A stretch of DNA of 63,930 nucleotides, filler included, from Chiloscyllium plagiosum (Eukaryota): the NCBI RefSeq assembly GCF_004010195.1. It is 4 parts of one record of this genome, joined end to end, with 100 filler letters (N's around TTAATTAATTAA, not from the genome) between each part and the next. Parts side by side here need not be neighbours in the genome. Positions count along the whole stretch, not along the records: positions 1 to 28,659 come from NC_057711.1; 3 more parts are not named here. The stretch is one strand, 5' to 3'. Both the position numbers and the translations under genes were made by a program. Below are positions 1 through 12,789 of this stretch, in pieces; position 1 is the stretch's first letter; every line of letters starts with the position of its first letter. The notes beneath the pieces were generated by a model, which was not told where the DNA came from, searched no databases, and worked only from the letters and a program-made list of their open reading frames with translations.

Positions 1-88
1 ATCAGCCATGATCATATTGAATGGCGGTGCAGACTCGAAGGGCAGAATGGCCTACTCCTGCACCTATTGTCTATTATCTATTGTCTAT
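1..88 (+). mobile_element. CR1-type LINE 3' tail
   Basis: cagccatgatcatattgaatggcggtgcagactcgaagggc...cctactcctg followed by short tandem tctatt units; the same tail ends the CR1 at about 39850-39920. Confidence 0.7.
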
Positions 89-238
89 TCTTAGAATGTT
101 TTAAAGATAAGAATATGAGCTATTTCATTGGAGTCTTATGTTACAGACTTTTAATTTAAAAATCATACAAGTTGCAGGTCAGAAGAATGTAATCACAGAC
201 GCGTTATCGCAGATTTAACTGATCGAGTTTAGCTGAGG

Positions 239-940
239 TATTATGAAGATGTGGGTGTACCTTTAAGAGAGTGAAGGACTTGGCAAGTACGCAGAGTGCT
301 GGAGAATCTACAAAGTCACATTTGATTCAGAACAAACCGAACTCAGAACAATCCAAGTTGCTATGAGACAAAAATACAAATTCAAATTTGGCCAATCAGC
401 TTAAAGTGTACTGTGAAGAAATACCAAATTCCAACCAAGTATATTGTCAATCTTAAAAGCCAATAACACAATCCAATGCTCTGGGGTATGAGGTCAGGGA
501 AATTTGAACAGTTGAGAGGAGAACTGCCAGGTCCTAGCATGTAACAGACTGCTTGAAAAAAAATCTCTCTTTAAAAGTCCCTTTTCGATCAGTAACCTGT
601 GATGCAGAAATTCCTGACAAGGAGAAAAGAAGACACACGAAGATCAAAAGATAACCTATAGCTGCCTGGCTTTGAGATAAGAAGTGTTGTTTTGTAAATC
701 TTAATTGAGAGTTTTATCAGACCACTATTATAGAAGGGAAGGTAAAAGATAGGTTTGAGAAAGAAATTGTAAATAGTGGGTAGTTAATTATTCTCTGTTA
801 TACATTAAGAAATAAAGTTGTTAGTTTTTACTTTTCTTAGTTCTTGGCCACTCGAATTCCTACAGATTACTGCACGGGATAATTATTTTCTGTGTTGCTG
901 GTTTTAAATTAAGCAGGAGAGTTTACCTCGTGTCATAACA
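239..940 (+). mobile_element. Probable solo LTR (degenerate)
   Basis: Starts TATTATGA and ends TCATAACA (near-inverted termini), AATAAA near 810. The 5' part is homologous to 30023-30225, which starts TGTTAC. No TSD found. Confidence 0.45.
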
Positions 941-1620
941 CATTTCTATCCATGTACATGTCCAAATGTCTTTTAAATATTGTAATCGTACCCACCTCTA
1001 CCACTACTTCTGGTAGCTCATTCCATATACCCACTCTCTGCTTGCAAACGTTGACCCTCAGGTCCTTTTTGAATCTTTCCTGTCTCACCTTAAGACTCTG
1101 CTGTCTGGGTTTGGACTCCCACAACACCCCACCCAAAACCACCATTCTCCCCCCACTCCGGCCAACCTCCTGCACAAAGTGATGGCAATTCATCTTATCT
1201 ATGCCCCTCATGATATTATAAACCTCTACAAGGTCACCCCTCAGCCTCCTACACTGCAGGGGGAAAACAATCCGAGACTAACCAGCCTCTTCTGTAACTC
1301 AAACCTGCCAGTCTCATTAAGATCCATCGATCATGGCTGATCTCTACCTCAATTCCTTTTTCCCGCATTATCCCATATCTCTTGATATAAGCATCCACAA
1401 ATCTACCTCTGGCTTTAAGATACTTAATGATTGGACTTTCGCACCCCTCTGGGGTTTGAAATTCCAAAGATTCACCACCCCCGAGTGAAAAATATTCCTC
1501 TTCATCACAGTCCCAAATGCCTGCCTCTTATCTGAGACTGTGTCCCCTGGTCTTGACCAGCACCTCCCCTCCATACTGGCCCCAGCAGGGGAGCATCTTG
1601 TTAAACTCTGTCAGAATTTT
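941..1620 (-). mobile_element. CR1 LINE 3' fragments
   Basis: ORF 933-1211(-) contains WNELPEVVVEVGTITIFKRHLDMYM; ORF 1368-1574(-) contains VVNLWN. Both are CR1 ORF2 C-terminal motifs. Confidence 0.8.
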
Positions 1621-1624
1621 AAAT

Positions 1625-1850
1625 GATATTGGAGGTGCCGGTGTTGAACTTTGGTGCACCAAGTTAAAAATCACACAACACCAAGTTATAGTCCAACAGG
1701 TTTACATGGAAGAACTAGCTTTCGGAGCACTGTTCCTTCATCAGGTGGTTGTGGAGTATAAGATCGTAAAACACAGAATTTATAGCAAAAGTCTACAGTG
1801 TGATGCAACTGAACTTATATATTGAAATAGACCTGGACAATCCAGGTCTA
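1625..1850 (-). mobile_element. PLE 3'-end fragment carrying a hammerhead (family C)
   Basis: Contains a minus-strand hammerhead motif; bounded by a small inverted repeat tagacctgga-caa-tccaggtcta (1828-1850). PLE origin is inferred from the ribozyme type. Confidence 0.55.
1714..1746 (-). ncRNA. Minimal type-I hammerhead ribozyme motif (AGCU palindrome)
   Basis: Minus strand reads AC-CUGAUGA-A-GGAAC AGU GCUCC-GAAA-GCUA-GU: both core boxes, helix II with one mismatch, UA cleavage site. Confidence 0.7.
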
Positions 1851-2199
1851 GCTTTGAATCCATATATAGCTTTGAAGTCAGGTTGTTGCTGGGTTCACCC
1901 TGATTTGGGAGCCTTGGGCTTCCTGCTAAATATTCCACAGCCTCCGAGCTTTTTCATCACTGACCCATGATCTTATTTATCTCTGGGGGGAAAACAGCCT
2001 GACAACTTACTGAAATAAAAAGCATTTTGCCTTTTGTCTGAACTATTCATGCCCCCAGGTTGAATGGCATTTGCATATCTCACCCACCTATTTCATTTTA
2101 ATCCTGATTCAGTTAGTAGGAGCTTACATTTTACAATTTGTCCGGCACAAAATATGCACAATTTGTCCTGTGCATATTTTGTGCACAAAATATACCTAG

Positions 2200-3150
2200 T
2201 AGATGTTAGTGCTGAATCCGTGCTGGAGAAACTTGGCCAGTAGCACAGTAGGGTCTGGACAAATGCCTTCTATATTACTTATTGAATGTTGTCAGGCCCC
2301 ATAACCTTTATGATGTCCAATGTCTTCACCTGTTTCTTGAAATCACAGAGATAATCAAATGGACATCAGAAGGAGGTTGGGATGGGTGGTCCACTTAGCC
2401 TTATTTCAAAGCTTTAGCCTCGTCCCTTGGACTGATGTGCTGTGCTCCCCCATTCATTCAGAATGGGGAGCATTGTGAAACCTCTTTGACCAATAATTTG
2501 CTTATTTGCTTACCAAGTGGCTCATGACTTGCTGTGGCACAACTGCAGAGATTTGATCTGATCCAATAGTTGTGACACTGTCTATCGCATTCTGCTTCTG
2601 TTCGTTGGAATGTGTGTAGTCCTGTGTCGTAGTTTTAACTGGTTGACATCTCATTTTTAAATATGCTTTGTGTGCTCTAAACCAGGGTTGATTTCCTAGT
2701 ATAATGTTAGAGTGAAGGATAGGCTTTATCATGAGGTTACAGACTGCTGTGGATTGCAATTCCACAGCTCCTGATAGCCTATCGTGCCTCAGTTTTGGAT
2801 CCCAGTTTTGAATTGCTAGATCTGTTCTAAGTCTATTCCATTCAAAATGGTACTAGAGAACAAGATGGAGGGTGTATTCCACATGAAGAAAGAACTTAAC
2901 AGCAGCAAAATCTGTGTGGTGGCCCAGTACTATCATGGATGCCTAGCACGTAGATTGGTAAAAAGTCAAGCAGGTTTATCCCTCTGGTTCTCTCACCACT
3001 TACCACAGACTGACTGGTAGATATCCACTTCAGGACATGGCCAGCTCAGTTCATTGTGGTGCTACTATGGTATTAAATGTTGAAGGACTCCTCCTGAGTA
3101 CTTTCTGTGTCCTGCAAGTAGCACTCAACATACTGGAGGTTTACGTACGC
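2200..3150 (-). mobile_element. Degenerate CR1/L2-group LINE (family B)
   Basis: Homologous to 53000-54100 (e.g. ttttgaattgctagatct and tgtgtggtggcc blocks). Confidence 0.55.
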
Positions 3151-3189
3151 AGCTGATGGTACTTAGTTCAGAGTTTCCTTGCCAGTGCA

Positions 3190-3325
3190 TTCATGATCAT
3201 CATTACTGAGACTAGCATTTTTTTATTCCAGATTTATTAACTTAATTTAAGTCCCCCCCGCTGCCATGGTATGATTTGAGCTCATTTAGAGCATTAGTTG
3301 AGTAACGTAACCACAGTGTTACCGT
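3190..3325 (-). mobile_element. Old tRNA-derived SINE 5' part (SacSINE1-like)
   Basis: Reverse complement resembles the head of 41240-41500; the family name is from recall only. Confidence 0.4.
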
Positions 3326-4137
3326 TTCCTTTGTTAGGCTTAGTGGAAAATGCGGATGAAAGGATAACATTGTTTAATTATCCTTTTTTGGAATAATTGA
3401 ATTATCTTGTATTATATGAACCCAGTTTGAAATGAGGAATTTTGGCAAGTGCAGTGGATTTTCATGTGCAAAGACCGAATCATAGGTCAGGTAATAATTC
3501 CACAAGATTCATTAATCTGGCTATTTAATAATGTGCAAGGACGAAGTGATGCATTGCAAAATTAGGAATTTACGACATACGAGTGATCAGCACCCATTTT
3601 GGCTTTTGCCATTTTTGCCTTGTCAGTTTTTCAAGGATTTTATATCTTAACCTACATAGAGCCCATTGCAAACTGCTTCTGAACAAGTTAAAGATGCTAT
3701 ATAAATGCAAGTTATTATTTGTAATTATCCTGACTCATAATAGCATTTTAATGGACTATCACCTACTAAGGCTTCTCTTCTTCTAATGATCTCTGTAGGG
3801 ACAGATATGTCTATGGCATCTATTTCCATGGTGGTGCCACATTCAGTTATGTATCCCTAGTGTTCTGGAGGGTGTTTGTTTCTTTGGAGCTTATGGAGCT
3901 GTTCCTTGTAACTTCTCGCATGCTCTGAATGTGTTTAGGTTCATCCAAATATTCAATCCTACAGGGTAGAAAATAAAAGTAAGTTTAAAAAAAACCTTGG
4001 TGATAGTGTTCATGACACAACTGTAGCCCTCAAAGGGTTAGAACAGCATTATTAATTTTGTAATCTGCATTTTTCTTCTGAAAGCCTGGAAAATGTCATT
4101 TTATTTCTAATTCTCTGGTGTTTGTGTATTTTTGCAG

Positions 4138-4220
4138 TGTATAGACAACATACGGTGCAATGGTTTAATGACCAGTGTGTTTGAGGAATATTCAAAAGTT
4201 ACTGTGCCTCATATGATTAG
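4138..4220 (+). CDS. RASGRF2: RASGRF2 internal coding exon (end of PH2/linker), phase 0 to 2
   Basis: Acceptor tttttgcag, donor AG|gtaagt. Translates [27 protein letters not shown](R), matching recalled RASGRF2 [28 protein letters not shown]. Not in the ORF track. Confidence 0.93.
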
Positions 4221-4489
4221 GTAAGTTTCGTTCAAATTGTCCAATGGCTGATTCTCACAATGAATGGATCTTAATGGGGGTGAATTAAAGGAAATCACAA
4301 AGCAAAAGGAACAGAAGTAGACCATTGGGCTCCCTGAGCCTGCGGTACCATTCAGTACAATCTACTGCCTCAATTCTACTTTCCCACATACTCCTATTTT
4401 TGCTTGATTCCCCAAGAGTTTAAAAAACTTTCTATTTCAAACTTAAATGTATTCTATGATGGAGCATCCCTGACCCTTTGAGGTACAGA

Positions 4490-5780
4490 ATGCTTTGTTA
4501 GACCCACATGGAGTACTGTGAGCAGATCTGGGTACCATGTCTTAGGACGGATATATTGGCCTTAGAGGGAGCAATTATACAGGTTTACAAGAATGATGCC
4601 TGGACCTCAGGATTTAAATTATGAGATTATACAAATTAGGCTTGTTTTTTCTAGATTGTAGAAGGGTAAGAGCTAATCTGATCAAACTCTTCATGACATT
4701 AACAGTAAAACAAAAATAGGGCAGATAAACTATTTCCACTGGTTGGGGATTCCAGCACTAGTGGGCAAAGTCTTAAAGATTAGGGCCAGACCATTCAGCA
4801 GAGACATTAGGAAGCATGTCTACACACAAAGGGTGGTAGACCCTTGGAACACTCTTCCACAAATGTTAGTGGGTGCTAGATCAATTGTTAATTTTAAATC
4901 AGAGACAGATGATTTTTCTGTTAAGCAAAAGACAGATATAAGGAATTGGGCCACAGATCAGGCATGATGTCATTGAATGGTGGAGCAGGCTTGAGGGATT
5001 GAATGGCCTCCTGTTCTGACAAGGATTCACAACCTGTCAAGTGAAGTCATTTCTCCTGATCTCAATTCCAAATGATGGGCCTCTTTATGCTGGGCATGTA
5101 TCCACAATGCAATTTTGTGAGAGCTTTCCCTGCAGACCGTGCCAAATCATAGAATAACTAACTTAATACTTCTTTTCTTACAGGACTCTTGCTTGCAGTT
5201 AGTCTTGACTTTAAACAAACAAGGTAGATAGAATGTGATATAAACTGTGAATGCTGGAGAAATTTCCACAGAAATTGTGGAGAGCAAAACATTTCAGCTC
5301 ATTTATGCAGAGAAAATTGATATGTGACCGACTTTAGACAAGTCTAGATTCAGGAAAGGTTGGGATGGGGAGCACTAGTGAAGATAAAGAAGGAAAGAAA
5401 TGGTGAAGAACTAAATAGGAACGTTGTATCACTTTTCATGGTGGAAACCAGCATACTTGAACTTCGAGAGTCAGAAGGCAGAGAGAGTGTAGTGGCCATC
5501 ATTAAGGAGAAGATGCAGAGGAAGCTGAAAGGTCTGGAGGTGGACACCTCACCCAGACCAGATGGAATACATCCCAGAATTCTGAATGAAATAGATTGTG
5601 GAGGCATTAGTAGCAATGTTTCAGAATTACTCGAGTCAGGGAAGATGCCAAATGACTGGAAAATGTTTAAGAAAGGAGGGAGGCAGAAGAAGGGAAATTA
5701 TACGGCAGTTAGCCAGGCCTCAGTCATTGTAAGATTTTAGTGTCCGTTATTAAGGATGAGATTGCAGAGTATTCGGATGA
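4490..5780 (+). mobile_element. CR1 LINE fragments within the RASGRF2 intron
   Basis: ORF 4743-4967 (TQRVVDPWNTLP) and ORF 5360-5740 (SPRPDGIHPRIL...PNDWK...KKG...NY). Confidence 0.8.
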
Positions 5781-5896
5781 TCAATTCCAATTCAGCCTTG
5801 AGTCTGCAATCTATAGCTCCCTTGCATTAATATGCTTAATGAAATAACATTCAGAAGGGTTTGTGAAATTAACTAAAAAATTATTATTTTCCTCAG

Positions 5897-6145
5897 ATCT
5901 GATATCCGACTCCATAGTGATGATATGGATATCTGCTTCAGCAAGACACTGAACTCCTGTAAAGTTCCACAGATCCGCTATGCCAGTGTAGACAGGCTGC
6001 TGGAGAGACTGACTGATCTGCGCTTTCTTAGCATTGACTTCCTCAATACCTTTTTGCACACCTACCGAATATTCACAACTGCACTGGTTGTCTTGGAAAA
6101 GCTGACAGACATCTACAAAAGACCTTTCACCTCCATCCCTGTCAG
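5897..6145 (+). CDS. RASGRF2: RASGRF2 internal coding exon (REM/RasGEF N-terminal domain), phase 2 to 2
   Basis: Acceptor ttttcctcag, donor AG|gtaggg, 249 nt. [61 protein letters not shown]...KRPFTSIPV(R); in frame with the preceding exon. Confidence 0.96.
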
Positions 6146-7899
6146 GTAGGGCCTGATTTAGAGGGATGTTGAATTTGATAAGAATTTAGGTCACTTTTAA
6201 ACTTTGCTTGTAGGATGTTCACAGCCATTTTGTATTGTCCAAGCATAATTGTTCTAAACAGGTGATGATGGTGGGCTTTCCTGAACTGCTGCAGTCTTTC
6301 TTGTGATAGGGCTCCAATAATAATGTTAGGTAGGGAGCTTCAGGATAGTAAATATTAAATAATGATTTAAAAAATAGTGATACAAGTCCAAGATGATGTA
6401 AGACTTGGAGAGAAAGTTGTAGGTGATACTATTCACACAGCATTTCTTTTAATGTTAGTGGTATTGTCAAAGTGACTGTGAGTTGCTGAAACACATCATG
6501 TAAATTGAACAGACTGGAGCCACAATAAATTCATGATGGAGGGAGTAGATACGGAGTTCAGTTATAGTGATGCTTAGCAATTGAACCTTTCTTCCCTAGA
6601 TGGTGGTGAGCTTCCTGAGTGTTACGGCTGCACCTATTCAGGCAAGTGGTAAGTATTGTCATATTATGATCAGGAGCTTGGTAAATGATAGTCAGAGAAG
6701 TTCTGAGGAATCATGAAGTGAGCCATTCATCATGAAAGACCCATGCTTCCTTGCTCTTGTAGCCAAAGCATTGACATGGTTAATCCATTTTAGCTTCTGG
6801 TCAATGGTAACTCCCAGGAAATTGGTTAAGGGGAACCCAGTGGCAGTGTTGTTGTTGAAGGTCAGGGTAGTTGACTGGGTTTTCTCTTGTTTAAGTTGGA
6901 GTTACTTAGAATATTACCTGCCACTTTTGTGGTTTTTTTTAAATGTTACCTGCTTGAAGCAGTTATGGGTTGCTTCAAATTGTATAAGTTCCACACAAAG
7001 CTGAACCTGTGCAAACAGCTTCAATATGAAGAGGGATAGTTATTGATAAAACAGTGGAACATGGTTGAGCCAAGGTCATTGCTCTCAGGACAGTCAGAAT
7101 ACATGAAGTGAATTTTCTGTAGAGCAGTATTGCCAACACAGAGGCAATTGAAAGTTCAAGATCCCAGTAACCTATTTTGAGATGTGTTTTACTAAACAAC
7201 TATGTTGCACGTACTAAAGGTCATTGGTTGATCTATAATAACAATGGAATTTGCTGGAAATACTCAACAAGTCTGGAGAGAGACCAGAGCTACCATTTCA
7301 GGTCAAGGACTTGCCCAATACTTACTATTTTACTTCAGATTTCCAGCATCTCCAGCATTTGATTTTTGCTTTCAGCTGACCTGTTTCACTTTTATATTTG
7401 GGATGATGTCCCATCCAGCAGCATTTCCAACCATTTAGCCATATATCAAAAAAGAATCTACTTAAAGCCTCAAATTAAGAGATAAGCAGAAATATTTTTA
7501 AATGCCCTTCATATTTAAAAGAAAGTTATGGAGTAATTATTTTATTTTTGAGATATTGTTTAAACTATTTTCATGTCTTCTAGATCAGGCAAGATGCTCT
7601 TATTAAATGAGAGAAACAGCATAATCATTGTTACTATTAGTACAGAGGAACAGGTAGTACAGAAACTCATTGCGAGAATTCTGCAGAACTGCAAGGTCCC
7701 ATAGGAATGAAGCAGGCTTGGAATGTCGAGTGACCTACACCTCATATTTTCTATATTTTTATGTAATCTGAATGGAGCTTTTCCACTGTCAAAATTCATT
7801 CCACCTGAATGCAGTACTCTTTGGCAAGTGTCTGTTTCTCTGTAACTCTCATGTGATTGGGAACCATCACAATTATGCTTTACTCGGTGTAAAAAGAAA

Positions 7900-8590
7900 T
7901 GGATTTGGCTCCCGGTCAAGCAATGCTTTGATTTGAAAATTCTTATCCTTGTTTTCAAATCCCTCCCTGGCCTCACCCCTCCCTACCTGTGTAGATTCTG
8001 CCAGAGAATCCTCTGAGATATCTGTTCTCCTTTAATTCCAGCTTCTTGAATAACGTGAGTGATTACAGTGTGGTTGCATCTGGGAGCGATTGTATATGTT
8101 CCAGGAGGTTTCTAATATAGGATTAAATGTTATGCTATTTGAATATTAACCCTTTCACTATATTTCTCCCCATGAATCAAATTCATATTTACATTTCTGC
8201 ACTATGGTCTTCAGCTATCTAGGGCTCAAGCTCTGGAATGCACTCACTACTCTTCCCTTCCGAATAACACTATGGATTTACTTACACACCAGGTACTGCA
8301 GCAGTTCAGTAAGATAGCTCACCACCACCTTCCAAGGACAATTGGAATTGGCAGTGTATTCAGACATGACTAGAGACTACCCACCATCCCTTGAATGAAG
8401 TTTTTTTTTAAATAAAACTCTTTGCCTCTTTACCTCACTTTCCTTCCTTAATAAAGGAAATCTGTTCCTTTTCAATCTAGCTTTTGGTTATCTGACCTAA
8501 AATTTCCTGGTATCGTAATTTGTTTAACAATGCTCCTGTGAAGTGTGTTTTGGTGTTTTATATTTCAAAGGAACATATAAATGTAAGATA
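7900..8590 (+). mobile_element. L2 LINE 3' remnants (interrupted)
   Basis: About 7905-8000 translates WLPVKQCFDLKILILVFKSLPGLTPPYL (L2 ORF2 C-terminal motif). L2-like tail near 8530-8590; related remnant at about 14780-15600. Confidence 0.6.
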
Positions 8591-9612
8591 TTGTCAAAGT
8601 CATACTCCATTCATCAGCACTTCTAAGTGATACACATCATGCAACTGGATTTGTTCCAAAGTTTACAATTGAAATCCTTTGAAACTTTGACTGCAATCAA
8701 GCCTTGAATTATAATTTTCAAGGATAATGTGCATCTTTTGGGGGAGGAGTGATTTTAACAGACGGTGCTATAAGGCTGTTTGAAAGTTTTAATATTTGAT
8801 GCATATCATTTGAGTAGCCCATGCAATTTGAGGTTGGCTGTCAGCTGATTCAAGATTTACAGCTAAACTACCTTTTTGAGGAAGGGAACCTGGACTGAGA
8901 AACACAGAAGCTCTCCAACACATACCTTGTCTTCACTTCATTAAGCACCAAACAAGGGATTCTAGAGCTGTGTGCTCCATCACTCTCTCACACATCATCT
9001 TCTGCATTTGTATTTACTGTGCTGGGTCTGAGCAACCAATGTTTTCCCCATTGGAAAGACTAAAATATACTGTAAAGGTGGTGCTTGAGAAATAACTACA
9101 TTCCTATCGTTGTTCCCATCAACCTACATGACCTGATGAGTTGACAAAATCCAACCTCCCATTCCCAATCAGGTAATTTTCTAATGCTTTGTTCAAATGG
9201 TGGAACCCTTGCATAGAATATTATGATTCAATTGGTCCTGAAAGTTCCAAAAATTAATTTACATTTAGAAAGAAATTACAGAGTATAAGCTTGCTCTACA
9301 TTCAGGCTCACGCCACACAGATGATACAGTGCTGAATGAGCTCTCACTTTCTATTATGTCATTTAGAGCTAGTAAATTTAATTAGGAGATGCAATATTAG
9401 AAGTTGCTAACTATTGGTTTACCTGAATGTTGTATATTAAGCCAATCAGCAAGTCCAGAATAATCTACCAAGTGGTTTATGTGTGACTTATCTCAATTGT
9501 TTACGGTGACATTTAATTGTTAGCATTTGTATGGTGAGACATAATCCTGGATTCCTATAGCTATTGATTTGCTTCAATTGTCCAATTCAATCCATTCCCT
9601 TTTCATTTGTAG

Positions 9613-10001
9613 GTCACTGGAACTGTTTTTTGCAACTAACCAAAGCAACAGATCTGAGCACATGAATGACGGAAAGTCTCCAAGATTGTGTCGAAAATTT
9701 TCTTCGCCACCTCCGCTGTCTCTTTCTCGGACATCTTCTCCTGTCAGAACTCGGAAACTTTCACTCAGCTCCCCTGTGAATTCTAGAATAGGAGTCCTTG
9801 ATCTTTCCGCATCCTCCATATCTAGTACTTCTACTTTTGCTTATAGCCCAGCTACCTCTCCACCTCCCCTAGCAAGCAAAACCCCACTGGATCTGAGCAA
9901 AGGTTCCTCGTCCCTAGATCAGTGCCCTCTGTCCACAGAGGAAAATTCAGAGCATCCCCGCATTGACATATGCAGCAAGTTAAGAAGAAGCATCAGGAGA
10001 G
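9613..10001 (+). CDS. RASGRF2: RASGRF2 internal coding exon (Ser/Pro-rich region), phase 2 to 1
   Basis: Acceptor tttcatttgtag, donor AGAG|gtacag, 389 nt. SLELFFAT...[17 protein letters not shown]...[13 protein letters not shown]...PLDLSKG...KLRRSIRR matches recalled RASGRF2; in frame with the preceding exon. Confidence 0.92.
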
Positions 10002-10880
10002 GTACAGAAAATTCTTCACTTACTTATTGTTGTGAGATTTGGACCCTTTTCTATGTTTGCCTACTTTTTCTGCAACATTTCTCTTCTAATTTCATATCCT
10101 TTGAGGTTACTTGCCAAAGTTTATTCTCCTGATTATAGATTTTGTCGTTGCCTTTGTAGTTCCAAAAGAGAGAGGTTAGTAAATGGGTTAAGTTCAATTT
10201 TTAAAGAAAAAATATATTTCCCTACTTAGCTCTTCATTTACGTAATATAAACCACTTTGATTAGCACAGGGGATGGCTTGTATCTCCATGTACAAGGTTA
10301 AGCCTTACAGGGGGTGCACCTAAGAAAGGTGATGGCCTTTCCTCTCCCATCCAACTGATTCAACTGAAATAATCAAACATCCATTGAATGTAAGAATTAG
10401 GAGGAAGAGGAGGTTCTTGAATCTTCGAGTCTGCTGTGCTATTCAATAATCACAGATCATATTTTTATTTCAGTTTTGCTTTCCTACTTGATAATTCCCT
10501 TCATACCAAAAACGTACTGATCGTTGCCTGGAAATAAAAAGCTCAATAACAGAATATCTATAGTACTCTGGGGTTGGGAACTACATTCCCTCTAACTTTT
10601 CTCGCTGCTGCATGAACCTCCAAAGACCATGCATAGCATTGGCTTCCACAGCTCAGAGGAAGCGTTGTTGTAAATTTCCAAGATTCGCAACTCCTTGAGT
10701 AAAGAAAGTTCTCCCCTCTCAAGTATGGCTGACTCCTTATTTTGAGACTCTTTTCAAGACTCCAAGTGACCTGTCATTCTTCCAGTTATATGGGATGTAG
10801 ACTCAGTATACTTGATAAAGATTGAGTCTTCCTAATAAGACTGGTATAATCAATAAGCAATGTCCCAACACTACCTGGCT

Positions 10881-11211
10881 ATCATAGAATCCCCGCAGTT
10901 TGGAAATAGGCCATTCAGCCCAACAAGTTCACACTGAGCAACCTGGCCAGACCCATACCCTTACCCTACAGGACCTGTAGATAAGACAGCTAACCTACAC
11001 ATCCATGAACGTTGGGTAATTTAGCATGGCCAAACCACCCAACTCACATATCTTTGGACTGTGAGAGGAAACTGGAGTACTCATCGGAAACACATGAAGA
11101 CACAGGGAGAATGTGCTAACTCCACACAAACAGTCACCCAAGGTTAGGATTGAATGCAGATCCCTGGCACTGTGAGGCAGCAGTGCTAACCACTGAGCCA
11201 CTGTGCTGCCC
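10881..11211 (-). mobile_element. HE1-type V-SINE
   Basis: Reverse complement of the tRNA-like head (gtggctcagtggttagcactgctgcctcacag), central domain and CR1-like tail seen at 60944-61254. Confidence 0.85.
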
Positions 11212-12026
11212 TGCATCTAAGTATTGCTGAAAAAGGATATGTTGTGTAAAAGCTTTTTTGGTTTTATAAGAATTCATAAGAAATGCCAATGGAAATGGAA
11301 AACAACATTTTTGGTATAATTGGGAGGGATTCCACTCTACCAATCAGAGTGTATCAAAGTGAATCTTCCCTCGCCTCTCATATTGTATTAATGTTATGTC
11401 CCCTTTATGATAGTATTTCTTGCAAATTGTCAAGATGTGTGCAAGGCAAAAAGCTTTGACAACATGTCTTCTTTTCAGCAATACTAAAGTTATGCAGTAC
11501 CAAATAACTATTTTTGATGGAGTTATCTGACAAACAGACTTGAGAGGTTATCCATAGACCTTAGAGACAGTTTACCATTTAACATAATTGGGAATGTGGA
11601 GGTGTTCAAGACTAAGACAGTCATGACATATCATGTTGAGAAAGAATACTCCTTTCCAGTAAGGTCTATCATTTTGTGACCTAACTGATAATGGAGAAAT
11701 CCAGTAGCATTAATTAACAACAACTGACTGGCAGAATTTTCTTACAATCACTCAGGAAATATTTAGGATAATTTTACAATTCTCATTTTCAGTACATTTT
11801 AACTAGCTTCATTTTAGCAATGTATAACCTATATTTGTATTGTTTCCATTGATTTTCATTAACTTTATGCTGGAGGTAGTTGAAGGCTAGTCAGAGGTCA
11901 ATGGATAATTGCTAGTAAAGTGAAAAGAAAATAAGAGAGGCCCGCTGCTAGATTTTGGTGCTTTAACTCATTTATCATTTATTTATGATTAAAACTTCAG
12001 TTTTTTGTTATCTTTTAATATTCTTA

Positions 12027-12280
12027 GGGCTCTTATGATGCAGTGGTAATGTCCCTACTCTAGATTCAGAGGCACAGGTTCAAGTCCCACCTGCTCCAGA
12101 CGGGTGTAATAACATCTCTGAACAGGTTGACTATTAAAATAAGTTAAATAAAAAATAACATTCTGAGGGTTCTTGTGGTGCAGTGGTAGTATTCCAAACT
12201 ATAGGCCAGGAGGTCTGAGTTCAAATCCCAGCTGCTCCTGAAGTTTGTTGTACTATCTATGAACAGGTTTGTTAGAAAAT
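12027..12280 (+). mobile_element. Two tandem ~115-bp tRNA-derived short SINEs (12027-12140, 12167-12280)
   Basis: Each has an A-box-like TG(A/G)TGCAGTGG, a B-box-like GTTCAA(G/A)TCC and a shared tail ...gaacaggtt...aaaat. Other copies near 37010-37110(-), 37140-37230(+) and 48580-48660(-). Confidence 0.7.
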
Positions 12281-12789
12281 ATTTTTGAACATTCTGTCCA
12301 ATTGGTTCCAAAATTTAAGGTAATCCTCATAGTATTACAATGCTGGTTCAAAGCTTTTAGAGGGAGGGAAACTTGGTGCTAATAAGTAACAATGTGAAAA
12401 ACAGTGATATATCAACGTAACTATTGTCAAAAATTAGTTACATTTTAGATTTAAGAAGTTAAATAAACCACTTAAGAGATTAATTCACTGACTAACTTCA
12501 CAGTCATTTATTGCCCCTGTCATTCAGGTACCATATCTAGGATGCTAGCTAATTTTTACAACATAATAATAGAACAAATGTCTTTTTTTTTATTTGCTTT
12601 GATGTTTGAAAGGAATCTGGACCTTACCATTACTGACATTGTTACTCTTCATATCATGCAACTTGGGAGATATCTTTCTATGATGTAAGCAAGAGAATTT
12701 TATTTTGTAGTCGGTGGAATGGTATTCCAGATTTGATCTTTATTATTGTTTTCAAATTTGACATCTTTTTGAAGCGCTGGAGTTTATAG

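Noticed and set aside
4138..10001. RASGRF1 as the gene identity
   Set aside because: Diagnostic residues ([40 protein letters not shown]) match recalled RASGRF2 rather than RASGRF1.
9569..10132. 187-aa single-exon ORF
   Set aside because: Only 9613-10001 is homologous and splice-bounded; the flanks are intronic read-through.
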